In this document: piece after piece, positions 45,224-53,816 of the stretch
Numbering within the stretch: position 1 is the first letter of the stretch
Layout of the letters: every line of letters begins with the position of its first letter
Assembly (NCBI GenBank): GCA_050018395.1
Contig: JBEKAC010000008.1
Coordinates: forward strand, 27,414-91,413
Origin: Dehalococcoidales bacterium
Lineage (GTDB): Bacteria > Chloroflexota > Dehalococcoidia > Dehalococcoidales > RBG-16-60-22
Reading direction: 5' to 3'
Length of the DNA stretch: 64,000 bases
The notes under the pieces: generated by a model
The model's input: the letters and a program-made list of their open reading frames with translations, nothing else
Told to the model about the DNA's origin: nothing
Databases searched by the model: none
Position numbers and translations under genes: made by a program

Positions 45224-45967
45224 CTAATCCTCCTCTTTCAGTTCGGCAACTATTTTTTTCGATTTCTTTTTATGCCCCTCCGCCCCCAGCGTATAGGATT
45301 CCGGCACCCACGGCATCTCTTCCAGGCTTTTAATGATCTGCGGGAGCTTGTCCCAGGGGATGGAAAGCAATATCCGCCCCTCCGGGAAAAGCCGCCGCGC
45401 CCTCATCCCGAAGCCGAAACCGGTGACGGTCAGGTTCATCTCCCCGCTAAGCAGGGGGTAGAGGTAAATCCAGGCGCAGCCCGCCGCCGCCGTGCCGCGG
45501 GCCTGCCACATTTCGCCGGTAGAATAGCTCTTGGCGCGGATAAAAATCTCCGCCTGCGTCACGCTGGCCAGGACGATGAGCAAATCGGGCTCGAAGTTGA
45601 GCTTGTCCAGCGGCGCGAAGGCGAGGTACTTAACGCTGTTTTTCGCCAGCCGGGGCAGGTACTGATAAATGCGGCGGTTGGCGCGCGCGTCCCGAAAGAC
45701 CCCCAGCTTCGGTCCCACCCGCCCGCTTTCGTATATCGGGTCTTCGTCAATCATGCCCAGCAGCAGCGGCCCGATGCAGGTAAAGTCCTCCTGCGCCACG
45801 TAAAACTCGTTGCCCTGCTGCGCCTCGACGAGCATTTCACAAAAGTCCAGTTGCTTGCCCGGTTTTTCCAACCCCTTAGGCCGCGTGGCGAGGAATTTCA
45901 CACCCACCGGCGGTCTCTCGAAATCGAATTTCTCCAGCACAGCCAGTTCTTTGGGTATCGGGCTCAT
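45224..45967 (-). CDS. DUF169 (COG2043-like) family protein
   Basis: MSPIPKELAVLEKFDFERPPVGVKF...FCEMLVEAQQGNEFYV. Ends 4 nt before the start of the bicupin gene. Confidence 0.6.
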   Translation of the reverse strand: MSPIPKELAVLEKFDFERPPVGVKFLATRPKGLEKPGKQLDFCEMLVEAQQGNEFYVAQEDFTCIGPLLLGMIDEDPIYESGRVGPKLGVFRDARANRRIYQYLPRLAKNSVKYLAFAPLDKLNFEPDLLIVLASVTQAEIFIRAKSYSTGEMWQARGTAAAGCAWIYLYPLLSGEMNLTVTGFGFGMRARRLFPEGRILLSIPWDKLPQIIKSLEEMPWVPESYTLGAEGHKKKSKKIVAELKEED

Positions 45968-46115
45968 GGCGGTCTCCTTGAAAACAACGATGGAATTGTG
46001 CTATCCCCTATAATAAGATTGTCGGCGGGGATATTCAAGTCAATCACAAGTTTGACCGCCCCGCTTTAATTACCTATAATTGCTGATTGCCGGGGAATTT
46101 TGAAAGAGGGAAACT

Positions 46116-46901
46116 ATGGAACATCAATGTTTAAAAGATAAAGTGGCTATCGTGACGGGGGCAAGGCAGGGCATCGGCCGGGCGGTAGCATTAGCGCTGG
46201 CGGACGCCGGAGCCAGCCTCGTTCTCGCGGACGTCGTTGCCGATGACGGTAAACTGGACGGGGTAGCGGCGGAGATCGGCAGACTGAACCAGGACGCTTT
46301 AACCGTCAAAGTGGACATCTCGCAAAACGCCGACGTTGAAAAAATGGTCAGCCATGCCCTTGAGCTTTACGGCCGGATCGATATTTTAGTTAACTGTGCC
46401 GGCGTCTGGATTCCCGGCCAGACGCTTTTAGAGACTCCGGAGAAAAACTGGGACAAGGTCATCGATACCAACCTCAAAGGCACCTGGTTCTGCTGCCGGG
46501 CGGTCGGCCGGGTCATGGCTAGGCAGGGGGGCGGCAGCATCGTTAATCTTTCCTCGCAGGTGGGCATCAATCCCGGCACGGGCGCGGGCGCCTATTCCGT
46601 TTCCAAGGCGGGGATTATTATGATGACGCGCGTGCTGGCGCTGGAGCTGGCCGGAAAAAACATCCGGGTCAACGCCATCGCGCCCGGCATCGTTAAAACG
46701 GACTTTAACATCGCTTTATGGCGCGATGAGGCCGGGGCTAAACAGATGGGACGGATGGTGCCGCTGGGCCGGCTGGCCGAAGCGGAAGACATCGCCCGGG
46801 CGGCTTTGTTCCTGGCTTCGGACGACTCTAACTACATTACGGGTGTGGTGATACCGGTGGACGGCGGGTGGCAGGTAGGGCCACCGCGCCGGCCGGACTA
46901 G
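46116..46901 (+). CDS. SDR-family oxidoreductase
   Basis: TGARQGIGRA, NCAG, and YSVSK (YxxxK). Confidence 0.85.
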   Translation: MEHQCLKDKVAIVTGARQGIGRAVALALADAGASLVLADVVADDGKLDGVAAEIGRLNQDALTVKVDISQNADVEKMVSHALELYGRIDILVNCAGVWIPGQTLLETPEKNWDKVIDTNLKGTWFCCRAVGRVMARQGGGSIVNLSSQVGINPGTGAGAYSVSKAGIIMMTRVLALELAGKNIRVNAIAPGIVKTDFNIALWRDEAGAKQMGRMVPLGRLAEAEDIARAALFLASDDSNYITGVVIPVDGGWQVGPPRRPD

Positions 46902-47596
46902 GCCAGGTATTGCTTTTGTAGCTCCGGGTCGTACTTGGCCCGGCGGCCGGGACATTTCAGTTGCGTACACAGCAGGCAGGTCTCGAAGCCGCTTTCGTTG
47001 GGGAAGACGATGCCGGAGCGCGATTTTATCGGGTGCATCACGCCGCCCGCCGTCAGCGTTACCCCGATGCGCTTTTCGGCGTCGGGAAACAGACGGAAAA
47101 GCGGCCGCTGCTCGCCGATGCGCCAGTCCTCGATTTCCCCGGGATTCATCAAAGCGGCCCGGGGCATATCATGTTTTTCTTTCACGTATTCCTTGAGGTA
47201 GTTGACCGCGTTGACCAGCAGGAAAGTTTTGATATTATCCAGGTAAAAGCTCTTCATCATGTCCCCGCGGGCTACCGCCAGTTCGTCCAGCTCTTTACCG
47301 ATGGTGACGATGAACGGTATCACCGTGTCCCGCCCATTGAGGAGCTTGTTCAGTACCCGGCTCGTAAAGACGGTGCCCTCGATGTCCACCGCCGCGCCAT
47401 CGATAGCACATGCGTGCGCCAGCCGGTAAATCCCTTGCGGCCGAGCTATATTTTTAACGGTTTCCGCCAGCTCCAGGACCATTGCTTCCAGCCGGGCGTC
47501 CATGCGGACGGTTTTCAGCCGCTTGACGGCCGCCGCCGCGTCCAGTTGGGCCGGGATGTCCAGCTGATATATATTTTTATCCTCGGGGTTTGCCAA
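46898..47596 (-). CDS. methionine-synthase activation-domain-like protein (possible corrinoid reactivation)
   Basis: MNPGEIEDWRIGEQRPLFRLFPDAEKRIGVTLTAGGVMHPIKSRSGIVF resembles the sPGygdW..eQ..lF.lL...iGv.Lt...mM.P.KS.SGi.F block of that domain. There is a Cys-rich tail, CLLCTQLKCPG. Confidence 0.45.
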   Translation of the reverse strand: MANPEDKNIYQLDIPAQLDAAAAVKRLKTVRMDARLEAMVLELAETVKNIARPQGIYRLAHACAIDGAAVDIEGTVFTSRVLNKLLNGRDTVIPFIVTIGKELDELAVARGDMMKSFYLDNIKTFLLVNAVNYLKEYVKEKHDMPRAALMNPGEIEDWRIGEQRPLFRLFPDAEKRIGVTLTAGGVMHPIKSRSGIVFPNESGFETCLLCTQLKCPGRRAKYDPELQKQYLA

Positions 47597-47683
47597 GTTT
47601 AACTCTCCACAATTTTAGCTGCTCATTTAAGCATAGATAATAGCTACAAGAGTGTCAAGAATAAACCAAGAGAATACCGCTCA

Positions 47684-47746
47684 TGGTGAGCCTGTCGAAC
47701 CATAGCGGCGTGTGTAACTCACCCTTCGACAAGCTCAGGGTGAGCG
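47684..47746. repeat. REP-like palindromic repeat, copy 1
   Basis: GGTGAGCCTGTCGAACCATAGCGG...CCCTTCGACAAGCTCAGGGTGAGCG. The arms are an imperfect inverted repeat. It shares the GAACCATAGCGG and CCCTTCGACAAGCTCAGGGTGAGCG blocks with 50058-50145. Confidence 0.7.
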
Positions 47747-47853
47747 AATGGAGGGCGTTTTTCCCCATTGTTTATAACCAGAATTTGACGTTGCTTGCCC
47801 TGGCGCTTAAGGGGTAAAATCAGTTACGGTCTTTTTGTAAGGAGGAACCCGTC

Positions 47854-48834
47854 ATGAAAGCTGCCTTTATCGTTGCCCCCCGCGAGTTTGAAATCAGGGA
47901 CATTCCTATGCCCAAAATCAGCCCCGATGAGATGCTGGTCAAAATCGCCGCCTGCGGGGTCTGCTCCTCGGATATGCCCAACTACCTTGATACCAGCGTC
48001 ATGCACGCACCCTTTCCGCGCCGCGCCGGCCACGAGCCCGCCGGTACGGTGGTGGAGGTGGGGAAAAACGTTAAGGGTTACAAGGAGGGCGACCGGATTA
48101 CCGGTTTCTGGCCGGCGGAATGTTACGCCGAATATACCGCCTGCAATCCCACCGACCGCGTTGCCCGCGGCCACGGTTCCGTCATTGAAAAGATACCGGA
48201 CCGCATCCCCTTCGAATATGCGCTGGGCGAGCCGCTGATGAGCCTGGTCTCTATCACCCGCACCGCGACGCCTGAGTTCGGCGACTTCGTTTTCCAGATT
48301 GGCGCCGGCTTCATGGGGCTGGGCGTTATCTGCGGGGTGGCCAGCCCTAAAATACGTGAATATATCGTCGCCGACCTCGATGAAGGCCGTTTGAAGCTGG
48401 CCAAAGAGCTCGGCGCCACCATCACCCTCAACCCGTCCAAGGTCGACGTCGTCCAGGAAGTCAATAAAATCACCGGCGGCCGCGGCGTCGATGTCGCTAT
48501 CGAGGTAGTCGGACACCCGCCGGGCGTTAAAATGGTCGGCGAAGTCATCAAAAACAACCGGGCGAAAATCATTATGGTCGGCTGGCACCAGGCCCCGGAC
48601 ACCTACGAGCTTTTCAACTGGATAAAGTCACCCATCATCTACAGCCCGCAGGGCATCGGCATGTCCACGGACTACCAGAGCGAGCTGCGCCGCGCCATGT
48701 GGGCCGTGCAGAAGGGCGTTTTCCCCATGCCGAAGCTGGTGACGCATAAATATAAGCTGGAGGATATCGATAAAGCTTTCCAGGACAACGTCAACCGCAC
48801 CCCCGGCTACATCAAAGGCGTGGTCATGCCCTGA
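47854..48834 (+). CDS. zinc-dependent medium-chain dehydrogenase/reductase
   Basis: CGVCSSDM ... GHEPAGTVVEVG zinc site and GAGFMGLG Rossmann motif. Confidence 0.8.
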   Translation: MKAAFIVAPREFEIRDIPMPKISPDEMLVKIAACGVCSSDMPNYLDTSVMHAPFPRRAGHEPAGTVVEVGKNVKGYKEGDRITGFWPAECYAEYTACNPTDRVARGHGSVIEKIPDRIPFEYALGEPLMSLVSITRTATPEFGDFVFQIGAGFMGLGVICGVASPKIREYIVADLDEGRLKLAKELGATITLNPSKVDVVQEVNKITGGRGVDVAIEVVGHPPGVKMVGEVIKNNRAKIIMVGWHQAPDTYELFNWIKSPIIYSPQGIGMSTDYQSELRRAMWAVQKGVFPMPKLVTHKYKLEDIDKAFQDNVNRTPGYIKGVVMP

Positions 48835-48849
48835 GCTTGTCGAAGGGGG
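48830..48849. repeat. REP-like repeat, half copy (inverted)
   Basis: CCTGAGCTTGTCGAAGGGGG is the reverse complement of the CCCTTCGACAAGCTCAGG arm. It overlaps the stop codon of the dehydrogenase gene. Confidence 0.6.
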
Positions 48850-48965
48850 ACACGAGGGGGTTTTTACACTAATTGCCAGCGGCGGCTTTTTAAGCTACAC
48901 TTTTTAATGTCCGGTAAAGTATAATTTAGCATAAAGCAAATCAATGAATAATCAGGAGCTTTAAA

Positions 48966-50045
48966 TTGGCATATAATATCACCCTCATACCCGGGGACGG
49001 CGTGGGGCCGGAAATCTCCACGGCGACGCGCCAGGTGCTGGAAGCCACCGGCGTGAAGTTCAACTGGGAGTACGCCTACGCCGGGGCGGAGGTCATGGCT
49101 AAAGAGGGCACCCCTCTGCCGGACGCGGTGCTGGCCTCGATTAAAAAGAATAAGGTGGCTATCAAGGGCCCGGTAACCACGCCCATCGGCACGGGCTTCA
49201 GAAGCGTTAACGTCGCCCTGCGCAAAGCCCTGGACCTCTATGCCTGTGTGCGCCCCTGCAAGACCTATCCCGGCGTCCCCTCGCCGTATGAAGGGGTGAA
49301 CATCGTTATCGTGCGGGAAAATACGGAAGACCTCTACGCCGGCGTCGAGTACGAAAAAGGCACCTCAGAAGCTAAAGGGCTGATTGCTTTTATCAATAAC
49401 CAGAAAGGCAATGTCATCCGGCCGGATGCCGGCATCAGCATCAAGATGATTACCGAGTTTTGTACACGGCGTATCGTGAAATACGCCTTCGAGTACGCCC
49501 GCAAATACGGCCGCAAAAAAGTCACCGCCACCCATAAAGCCAACATCATGAAGTTCTCGGACGGGCTTTTCCTGGCGGTGGCGCGGGAGGTGGCTAAAGA
49601 CTATACGGACATCGAGTTCCAGGACGCCCTCATCGATAACCTGTGCATGCTGCTGGTGCGCCGCCCGCAGGAGTTCGATGTCATCGTCGCGCCCAACCTC
49701 TACGGAGACATTATTTCGGACCTCTGCGCTGGACTGGTCGGCGGCCTGGGATTAGCGCCCGGGGCCAACATCGGGGAGGGGATTGCGCTCTTCGAGCCTA
49801 CCCACGGCAGCGCGCCCAAGTACACCGGCCAGAATAAGGTCAACCCCATGGCGATGATGCTCTCCGGCGTGCTCATGCTGCGGCACCTCGGGGAAACTAA
49901 AGCCGCCGACCGGCTGGAAAACGCCATCGCCGCCGTCATTAGGGAAGGTAAAAGCGTCACTTACGATATGAAGCTCCGCCGCGATGACCCCACCGCCGTA
50001 GGCACGTCCCAGGTGGCGGACGCCGTCATTAAAAAACTGAAATAG
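48966..50045 (+). CDS. icd: isocitrate dehydrogenase (isocitrate/isopropylmalate dehydrogenase family)
   Basis: ITLIPGDGVGPEI, KGPVTTPIGTGFRSVNVALRKALDLYACVRPC, and NLYGDIISDL. TTG start. Confidence 0.7.
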   Translation: MAYNITLIPGDGVGPEISTATRQVLEATGVKFNWEYAYAGAEVMAKEGTPLPDAVLASIKKNKVAIKGPVTTPIGTGFRSVNVALRKALDLYACVRPCKTYPGVPSPYEGVNIVIVRENTEDLYAGVEYEKGTSEAKGLIAFINNQKGNVIRPDAGISIKMITEFCTRRIVKYAFEYARKYGRKKVTATHKANIMKFSDGLFLAVAREVAKDYTDIEFQDALIDNLCMLLVRRPQEFDVIVAPNLYGDIISDLCAGLVGGLGLAPGANIGEGIALFEPTHGSAPKYTGQNKVNPMAMMLSGVLMLRHLGETKAADRLENAIAAVIREGKSVTYDMKLRRDDPTAVGTSQVADAVIKKLK

Positions 50046-50057
50046 CAATATGCGGCC

Positions 50058-50145
50058 GCTCAGGGTGAGCCGAGTTTACCCTGAGTCCATCGAAGGGAAC
50101 CATAGCGGAGGGTCAACTCGCCCTTCGACAAGCTCAGGGTGAGCG
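50058..50145. repeat. REP-like palindromic repeat, copy 2 (extended)
   Basis: GCTCAGGGTGAGCCGAGTTTACCCTGAG hairpin, then CATCGAAGGGAACCATAGCGG ... CCCTTCGACAAGCTCAGGGTGAGCG. It lies directly after the icd stop. Confidence 0.7.
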
Positions 50146-50223
50146 GGGCGGACAAGCACATTGCAGTAGTAGTATATTTGTGTTACAATTTCCCCTACGA
50201 TAATTAAAAGAAGGAGTATTTTC

Positions 50224-50628
50224 ATGGACAAAACAGAAATCCTCAAGTTCATTACCGAGAACCCGGTAGGCTACCTGGCGACGGTAGAAGGCAAATCTGC
50301 CAGGGTGCGCGGCATGGAGACCTTCCGTGCCGATGAAAAGGGCCTGATTTTCTACACCAGCAAGATGAAAAACGTCTTCCAGCAGATCGCTGACAACCCG
50401 AATGTCGAAGTCTGCTATTTCGCCAAGGGCACACAGGTGAGGGTGCGGGGCAAAATGGAGGTGCTGGAAGACCTGGCGCTGAAAAAAGAAATCGTGGGCA
50501 AGCGGCCGTTTTTAAAAACGGCCTACGAAAAAAGCTTTGACGGCATGGCTGTCTGTCGCCTCAAGGGCAAAGCCACCACCTGGAGCATGCAGGACATGAC
50601 CGCCCCCACTGTTTTCATCGACTTATAA
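50224..50628 (+). CDS. pyridoxamine 5'-phosphate oxidase-like FMN-binding split-barrel protein
   Basis: EILKFITENPVGYLATVEGKSARVRGM...NPNVEVCYF pattern. Tandem paralog of the next gene. Confidence 0.65.
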   Translation: MDKTEILKFITENPVGYLATVEGKSARVRGMETFRADEKGLIFYTSKMKNVFQQIADNPNVEVCYFAKGTQVRVRGKMEVLEDLALKKEIVGKRPFLKTAYEKSFDGMAVCRLKGKATTWSMQDMTAPTVFIDL

Positions 50629-50647
50629 ATAGCGAAGGAGTAGCACC

Positions 50648-51070
50648 GTGGATAAAAAGGAAATCCTGGATTTTATCACTAAAAACCCGACCGCTTACAT
50701 GGCGACCGTCGAGGGGAAAAAACCGCACGTGCGCGGTATGGGAACGTACCGGGCGGATGAAAATGGTATTATCTTTTCCATGCAAACACCTAAAGATGTT
50801 TATAAACAGCTGGTTAAAAACCCTGAAACAGAATTATGCTATTTCGCAGCGGGCGTCCAGATTAGAGTCGCCGGAAGAATGCAGCTGGTAACCGACCTGG
50901 CGCTTAAAAAGGAAATAACGGAAAAACGCCCGTTTTACAAACCGGGAGTGGAAAAGGAAGGGTGGGACTACGTGGGTGTTTTTATCTTGAAGAACGGCAA
51001 AGCTACCGTCCTCGATATGAAAGGGCCTCCGCCTCCCCCCGGCGCTCCCAAGGTCTGGGTTGAACTTTAA
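50648..51070 (+). CDS. pyridoxamine 5'-phosphate oxidase-like FMN-binding split-barrel protein
   Basis: EILDFITKNPTAYMATVEGKKPHVRGM...NPETELCYF. Paralog of 50224..50628. Confidence 0.65.
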   Translation: MDKKEILDFITKNPTAYMATVEGKKPHVRGMGTYRADENGIIFSMQTPKDVYKQLVKNPETELCYFAAGVQIRVAGRMQLVTDLALKKEITEKRPFYKPGVEKEGWDYVGVFILKNGKATVLDMKGPPPPPGAPKVWVEL

Positions 51071-51130
51071 AGTTTATTGATATAATTTTCCCCTCTCCAC
51101 CGCGCGGGGAGGGGAAAAGGAATACTGCCG

Positions 51131-51490
51131 ATGAGCCCCAAACAAAGCCAAGTGGATTGCATTTTTTGCAGAATCGTTGCGGGAGAAATTCCCACGAAGA
51201 TTATCTATCGCGACGAGGATGTGGTCGTTTTCCCGGATATCGCCCCGGCGGCGCCGGTGCACCTGCTGGTCATCCCGGTAAAGCATATCCCTTCCATCGC
51301 CGCTCTCACGGACGCCGATGTCCCGCTGGTAGGCAAAATGGTGGCGGCGGCCAACCGCGCGGCTAAAGCCCGGGGCCTGGCGGGAACTGGCTACCGCCTC
51401 GTAATCAATAACGGCGCGCAGGCCGGACAGGTAGTACCCCATCTGCACCTGCACGTCCTCGGCGGCCGGCCGCTGACTACCATGGGGTAG
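51131..51490 (+). CDS. HIT-family (histidine triad) nucleotide hydrolase/transferase
   Basis: CIFCRIVAGEIP and the histidine triad HLHLHVLGG. Confidence 0.9.
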   Translation: MSPKQSQVDCIFCRIVAGEIPTKIIYRDEDVVVFPDIAPAAPVHLLVIPVKHIPSIAALTDADVPLVGKMVAAANRAAKARGLAGTGYRLVINNGAQAGQVVPHLHLHVLGGRPLTTMG

Positions 51491-51595
51491 CCGGTGGAAC
51501 AATGTTGATGTTTTTTGGTAAAAGGATTATATTATCTCCAAAAGTGCTTGTAATGCTTTAACGGGCTTCGCCATTACAAAGAATAGTGAATTTTA

Positions 51596-51624
51596 TAGAC
51601 AATCAAAAAATATCATGGTATACT
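51596..51624 (+). promoter_or_regulatory. sigma70-like promoter upstream of oppDF
   Basis: TAGACA (51596-51601), 17 nt, TATACT (51619-51624). This implies a 5' leader of about 130 nt before the ATG at 51760. Confidence 0.4.
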
Positions 51625-51759
51625 CTGTTGAGTAGTTTGGAAAATCAATCGTAAAAAGACTCAAAAAACCATTTTTTGCAACCGTCAATCTGTTATCTGG
51701 AATTAAAGAGAGTCAACGAGGCAAGAACGCTAAAAATAGCCTGAAACAAGGACTTTAAT

Positions 51760-52752
51760 ATGACGGAACTATTAAGAGTAACAGACCTCAAGACCCAGTT
51801 CAAGACCGAAAGCGGCGTGGTGAAAGCCGTCGATGGAGTGTCCTACTACATCGATGAAAAGGAGATCGTGGGGCTGGTGGGGGAAAGCGGCTGCGGCAAA
51901 TCGGTCAGCCAGCTTTCCATCATGCAGCTTATCAGCGCTCCCGGCAAGATTACCGGCGGCGAAGTTGATTTCCAGGGGCAAAACCTGCTGGCCTACAAAG
52001 CCAACGGCCCGGAGATGCGCTCCGTGCGCGGCGCCAGGATCGCCATGATCTTCCAGGAGCCCATGACCTCGCTCAACCCGGTCCTGACCATCGGCCAGCA
52101 GCTGACGGAAATGCTGATGCTGCATCTTAAGATGAACGACGAGGCTGCCCGCAAGCGGGCCATCGAGCTCATGACCATGGTGGGCATCTCCGGCGCGGAA
52201 AGGCGTATCGACGATTACCCCCACCATTTCAGCGGCGGTATGCGGCAGCGCGTCATGATCGCGATGGGGCTCTCCTGTAACCCCAAAATCCTTATCGCAG
52301 ACGAGCCCACCACCGCCCTTGATGTCACCACCCAGGCACAGCTGCTGGAAATGATGAAAGAAATGGTGCAGCACTTCAGCGCCTCGCTCGTCATCGTCAC
52401 GCACAACCTGGGCGTGGTCGCCCGCTATGCCCAGCGGATTTACATCATGTACGCCGGCCGTATCGTGGAATCCGGCACCACCAAGGACATCTTCGGCCAT
52501 CCGCGGCACCCCTACACCATCGGCCTGCTCAAGTGCATCCCGCGTCTCGACGAAGAGGAAGGGACCAAGCTCGTGCCCATCGTCGGCTTGCCGCCCAACC
52601 TTATCAATATGCCCCCCACCTGCGCTTTCCTGCCCCGGTGCTCGTATAAAATTGAAAAGTGTTTCAAAGAGCCGTGGCCGGACCTCGCTCCGGTTGACGG
52701 CGTAAATCATTTTATTCGGTGCTATGCTGATACCAGGGAGAAGAAGTCATGA
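51760..52752 (+). CDS. oppD: oligopeptide/dipeptide ABC transporter ATP-binding protein
   Basis: Walker A GESGCGKS, FSGGMRQRVMIA, ADEPTTALD, and the C-terminal oligopeptide-type tail HPYT..LL.C.P. Confidence 0.85.
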   Translation: MTELLRVTDLKTQFKTESGVVKAVDGVSYYIDEKEIVGLVGESGCGKSVSQLSIMQLISAPGKITGGEVDFQGQNLLAYKANGPEMRSVRGARIAMIFQEPMTSLNPVLTIGQQLTEMLMLHLKMNDEAARKRAIELMTMVGISGAERRIDDYPHHFSGGMRQRVMIAMGLSCNPKILIADEPTTALDVTTQAQLLEMMKEMVQHFSASLVIVTHNLGVVARYAQRIYIMYAGRIVESGTTKDIFGHPRHPYTIGLLKCIPRLDEEEGTKLVPIVGLPPNLINMPPTCAFLPRCSYKIEKCFKEPWPDLAPVDGVNHFIRCYADTREKKS

Positions 52753-53738
52753 ATCAGGTACAAGATGAATTTTTGCTGAATGTATCCGACCTGAAAATGT
52801 ATTTCCCCGTTACCCGCGGTCTGCTGCGCCGCAAGGTGGCCGATGTCAAGGCTGTCGACGGCGTATCCTTCAAACTTAAGAAGGACGAAACGCTGGGGCT
52901 GGTGGGAGAAAGCGGCTGCGGCAAGACCACCATCGGCCGCTGCGTCATCGGACTCTACCGTCCTACCGCGGGCAAGGTGTTGTTCCAGGACAAAGATATC
53001 GCCGCCCTGCCGGAAAAGAAACTACGGGATATCCGCCGCAGCATGGCGCTGATCTTTCAGGACCCTTATTCCTCGCTGGACCCCCGCCAGAGCGCCGGCA
53101 GCATCGTCGGCGAGCCGCTGAAAATCCATCACATGGTCTTCGGCAAGGGCGAGTACCGCGATAAAGTGGAACAGCTTTTCCGCATCGTCGGCCTTGACCC
53201 CGCCATGTCCGACCGCTTCCCGCATGAATTTTCCGGCGGCCAGCGCCAGCGCATCGGCGTGGCCCGCGCCCTGGCCTGCGACCCTTCGCTGATCGTTTGC
53301 GATGAGCCCATTTCCGCGCTGGACGTTTCCATTCAGGCCCAGATCATCAACCTGCTGGAGGAGCTCCAGAGCCGTGTTCAGGGTTTGAGCTATCTATTTA
53401 TCGCCCATGACCTTTCCGTGGTGCGGCATATCAGCGACCGCGTGGCGGTCATGTACCTGGGACGCATCATGGAAATCTGCAAGTCGAGGGTGCTTTACGA
53501 AAACCCCCTGCACCCCTATACCCGGGCGCTGCTTTCCGCCGTGCCCATCGCCGACCCGTTCGTGGAAGAAACGCGGGAACGCATTATCCTCAAGGGCGAA
53601 GTGCCCAGCCCGCTGAACCCCCCACCCGGCTGTCCCTTCCACCCGCGCTGCTTCATGGCGATTCCGGAGTGCAGTCAGGCCGTACCGCCGCTGCGTACCA
53701 TTACCGAGGGACACGAGGTCGCCTGCATCAGGGTATAG
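52749..53738 (+). CDS. oppF: oligopeptide/dipeptide ABC transporter ATP-binding protein
   Basis: Walker A GESGCGKTT, FSGGQRQRIGVA, CDEPISALD, and the HPYTRALLSAVP tail. It overlaps oppD by 4 nt. Confidence 0.85.
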   Translation: MNQVQDEFLLNVSDLKMYFPVTRGLLRRKVADVKAVDGVSFKLKKDETLGLVGESGCGKTTIGRCVIGLYRPTAGKVLFQDKDIAALPEKKLRDIRRSMALIFQDPYSSLDPRQSAGSIVGEPLKIHHMVFGKGEYRDKVEQLFRIVGLDPAMSDRFPHEFSGGQRQRIGVARALACDPSLIVCDEPISALDVSIQAQIINLLEELQSRVQGLSYLFIAHDLSVVRHISDRVAVMYLGRIMEICKSRVLYENPLHPYTRALLSAVPIADPFVEETRERIILKGEVPSPLNPPPGCPFHPRCFMAIPECSQAVPPLRTITEGHEVACIRV

Positions 53739-53756
53739 TTTCCAGATTTTTCGGCA

Positions 53757-53801
53757 ACAAAAAAGCGGCCGGCGATTTTACTCGCCAGGCCGCTTTCTTT
53801 T
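53757..53801. terminator. bidirectional intrinsic terminator between oppF and satP
   Basis: An 11-bp GC-rich stem, AGCGGCCGGCG / CGCC(A)GGCCGCT, with an 8-nt loop. It is flanked by an A run (53756-53764) and a T run (53794-53801). Confidence 0.7.
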
Positions 53802-53816
53802 ATTCCCTTTATTTTC

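Noticed and set aside
45272-46069. 265-aa plus-strand ORF
   Set aside because: It is antisense to the DUF169 gene at 45224..45967. It is Arg/Pro/Gly-rich and has no start context.
47824-48588. 254-aa minus-strand ORF
   Set aside because: It is antisense to the Zn-dehydrogenase gene, which has clear zinc-site and Rossmann motifs.
51772-52710. 312-aa minus-strand ORF
   Set aside because: It is antisense to oppD, which has Walker A, Walker B and signature motifs on the plus strand.
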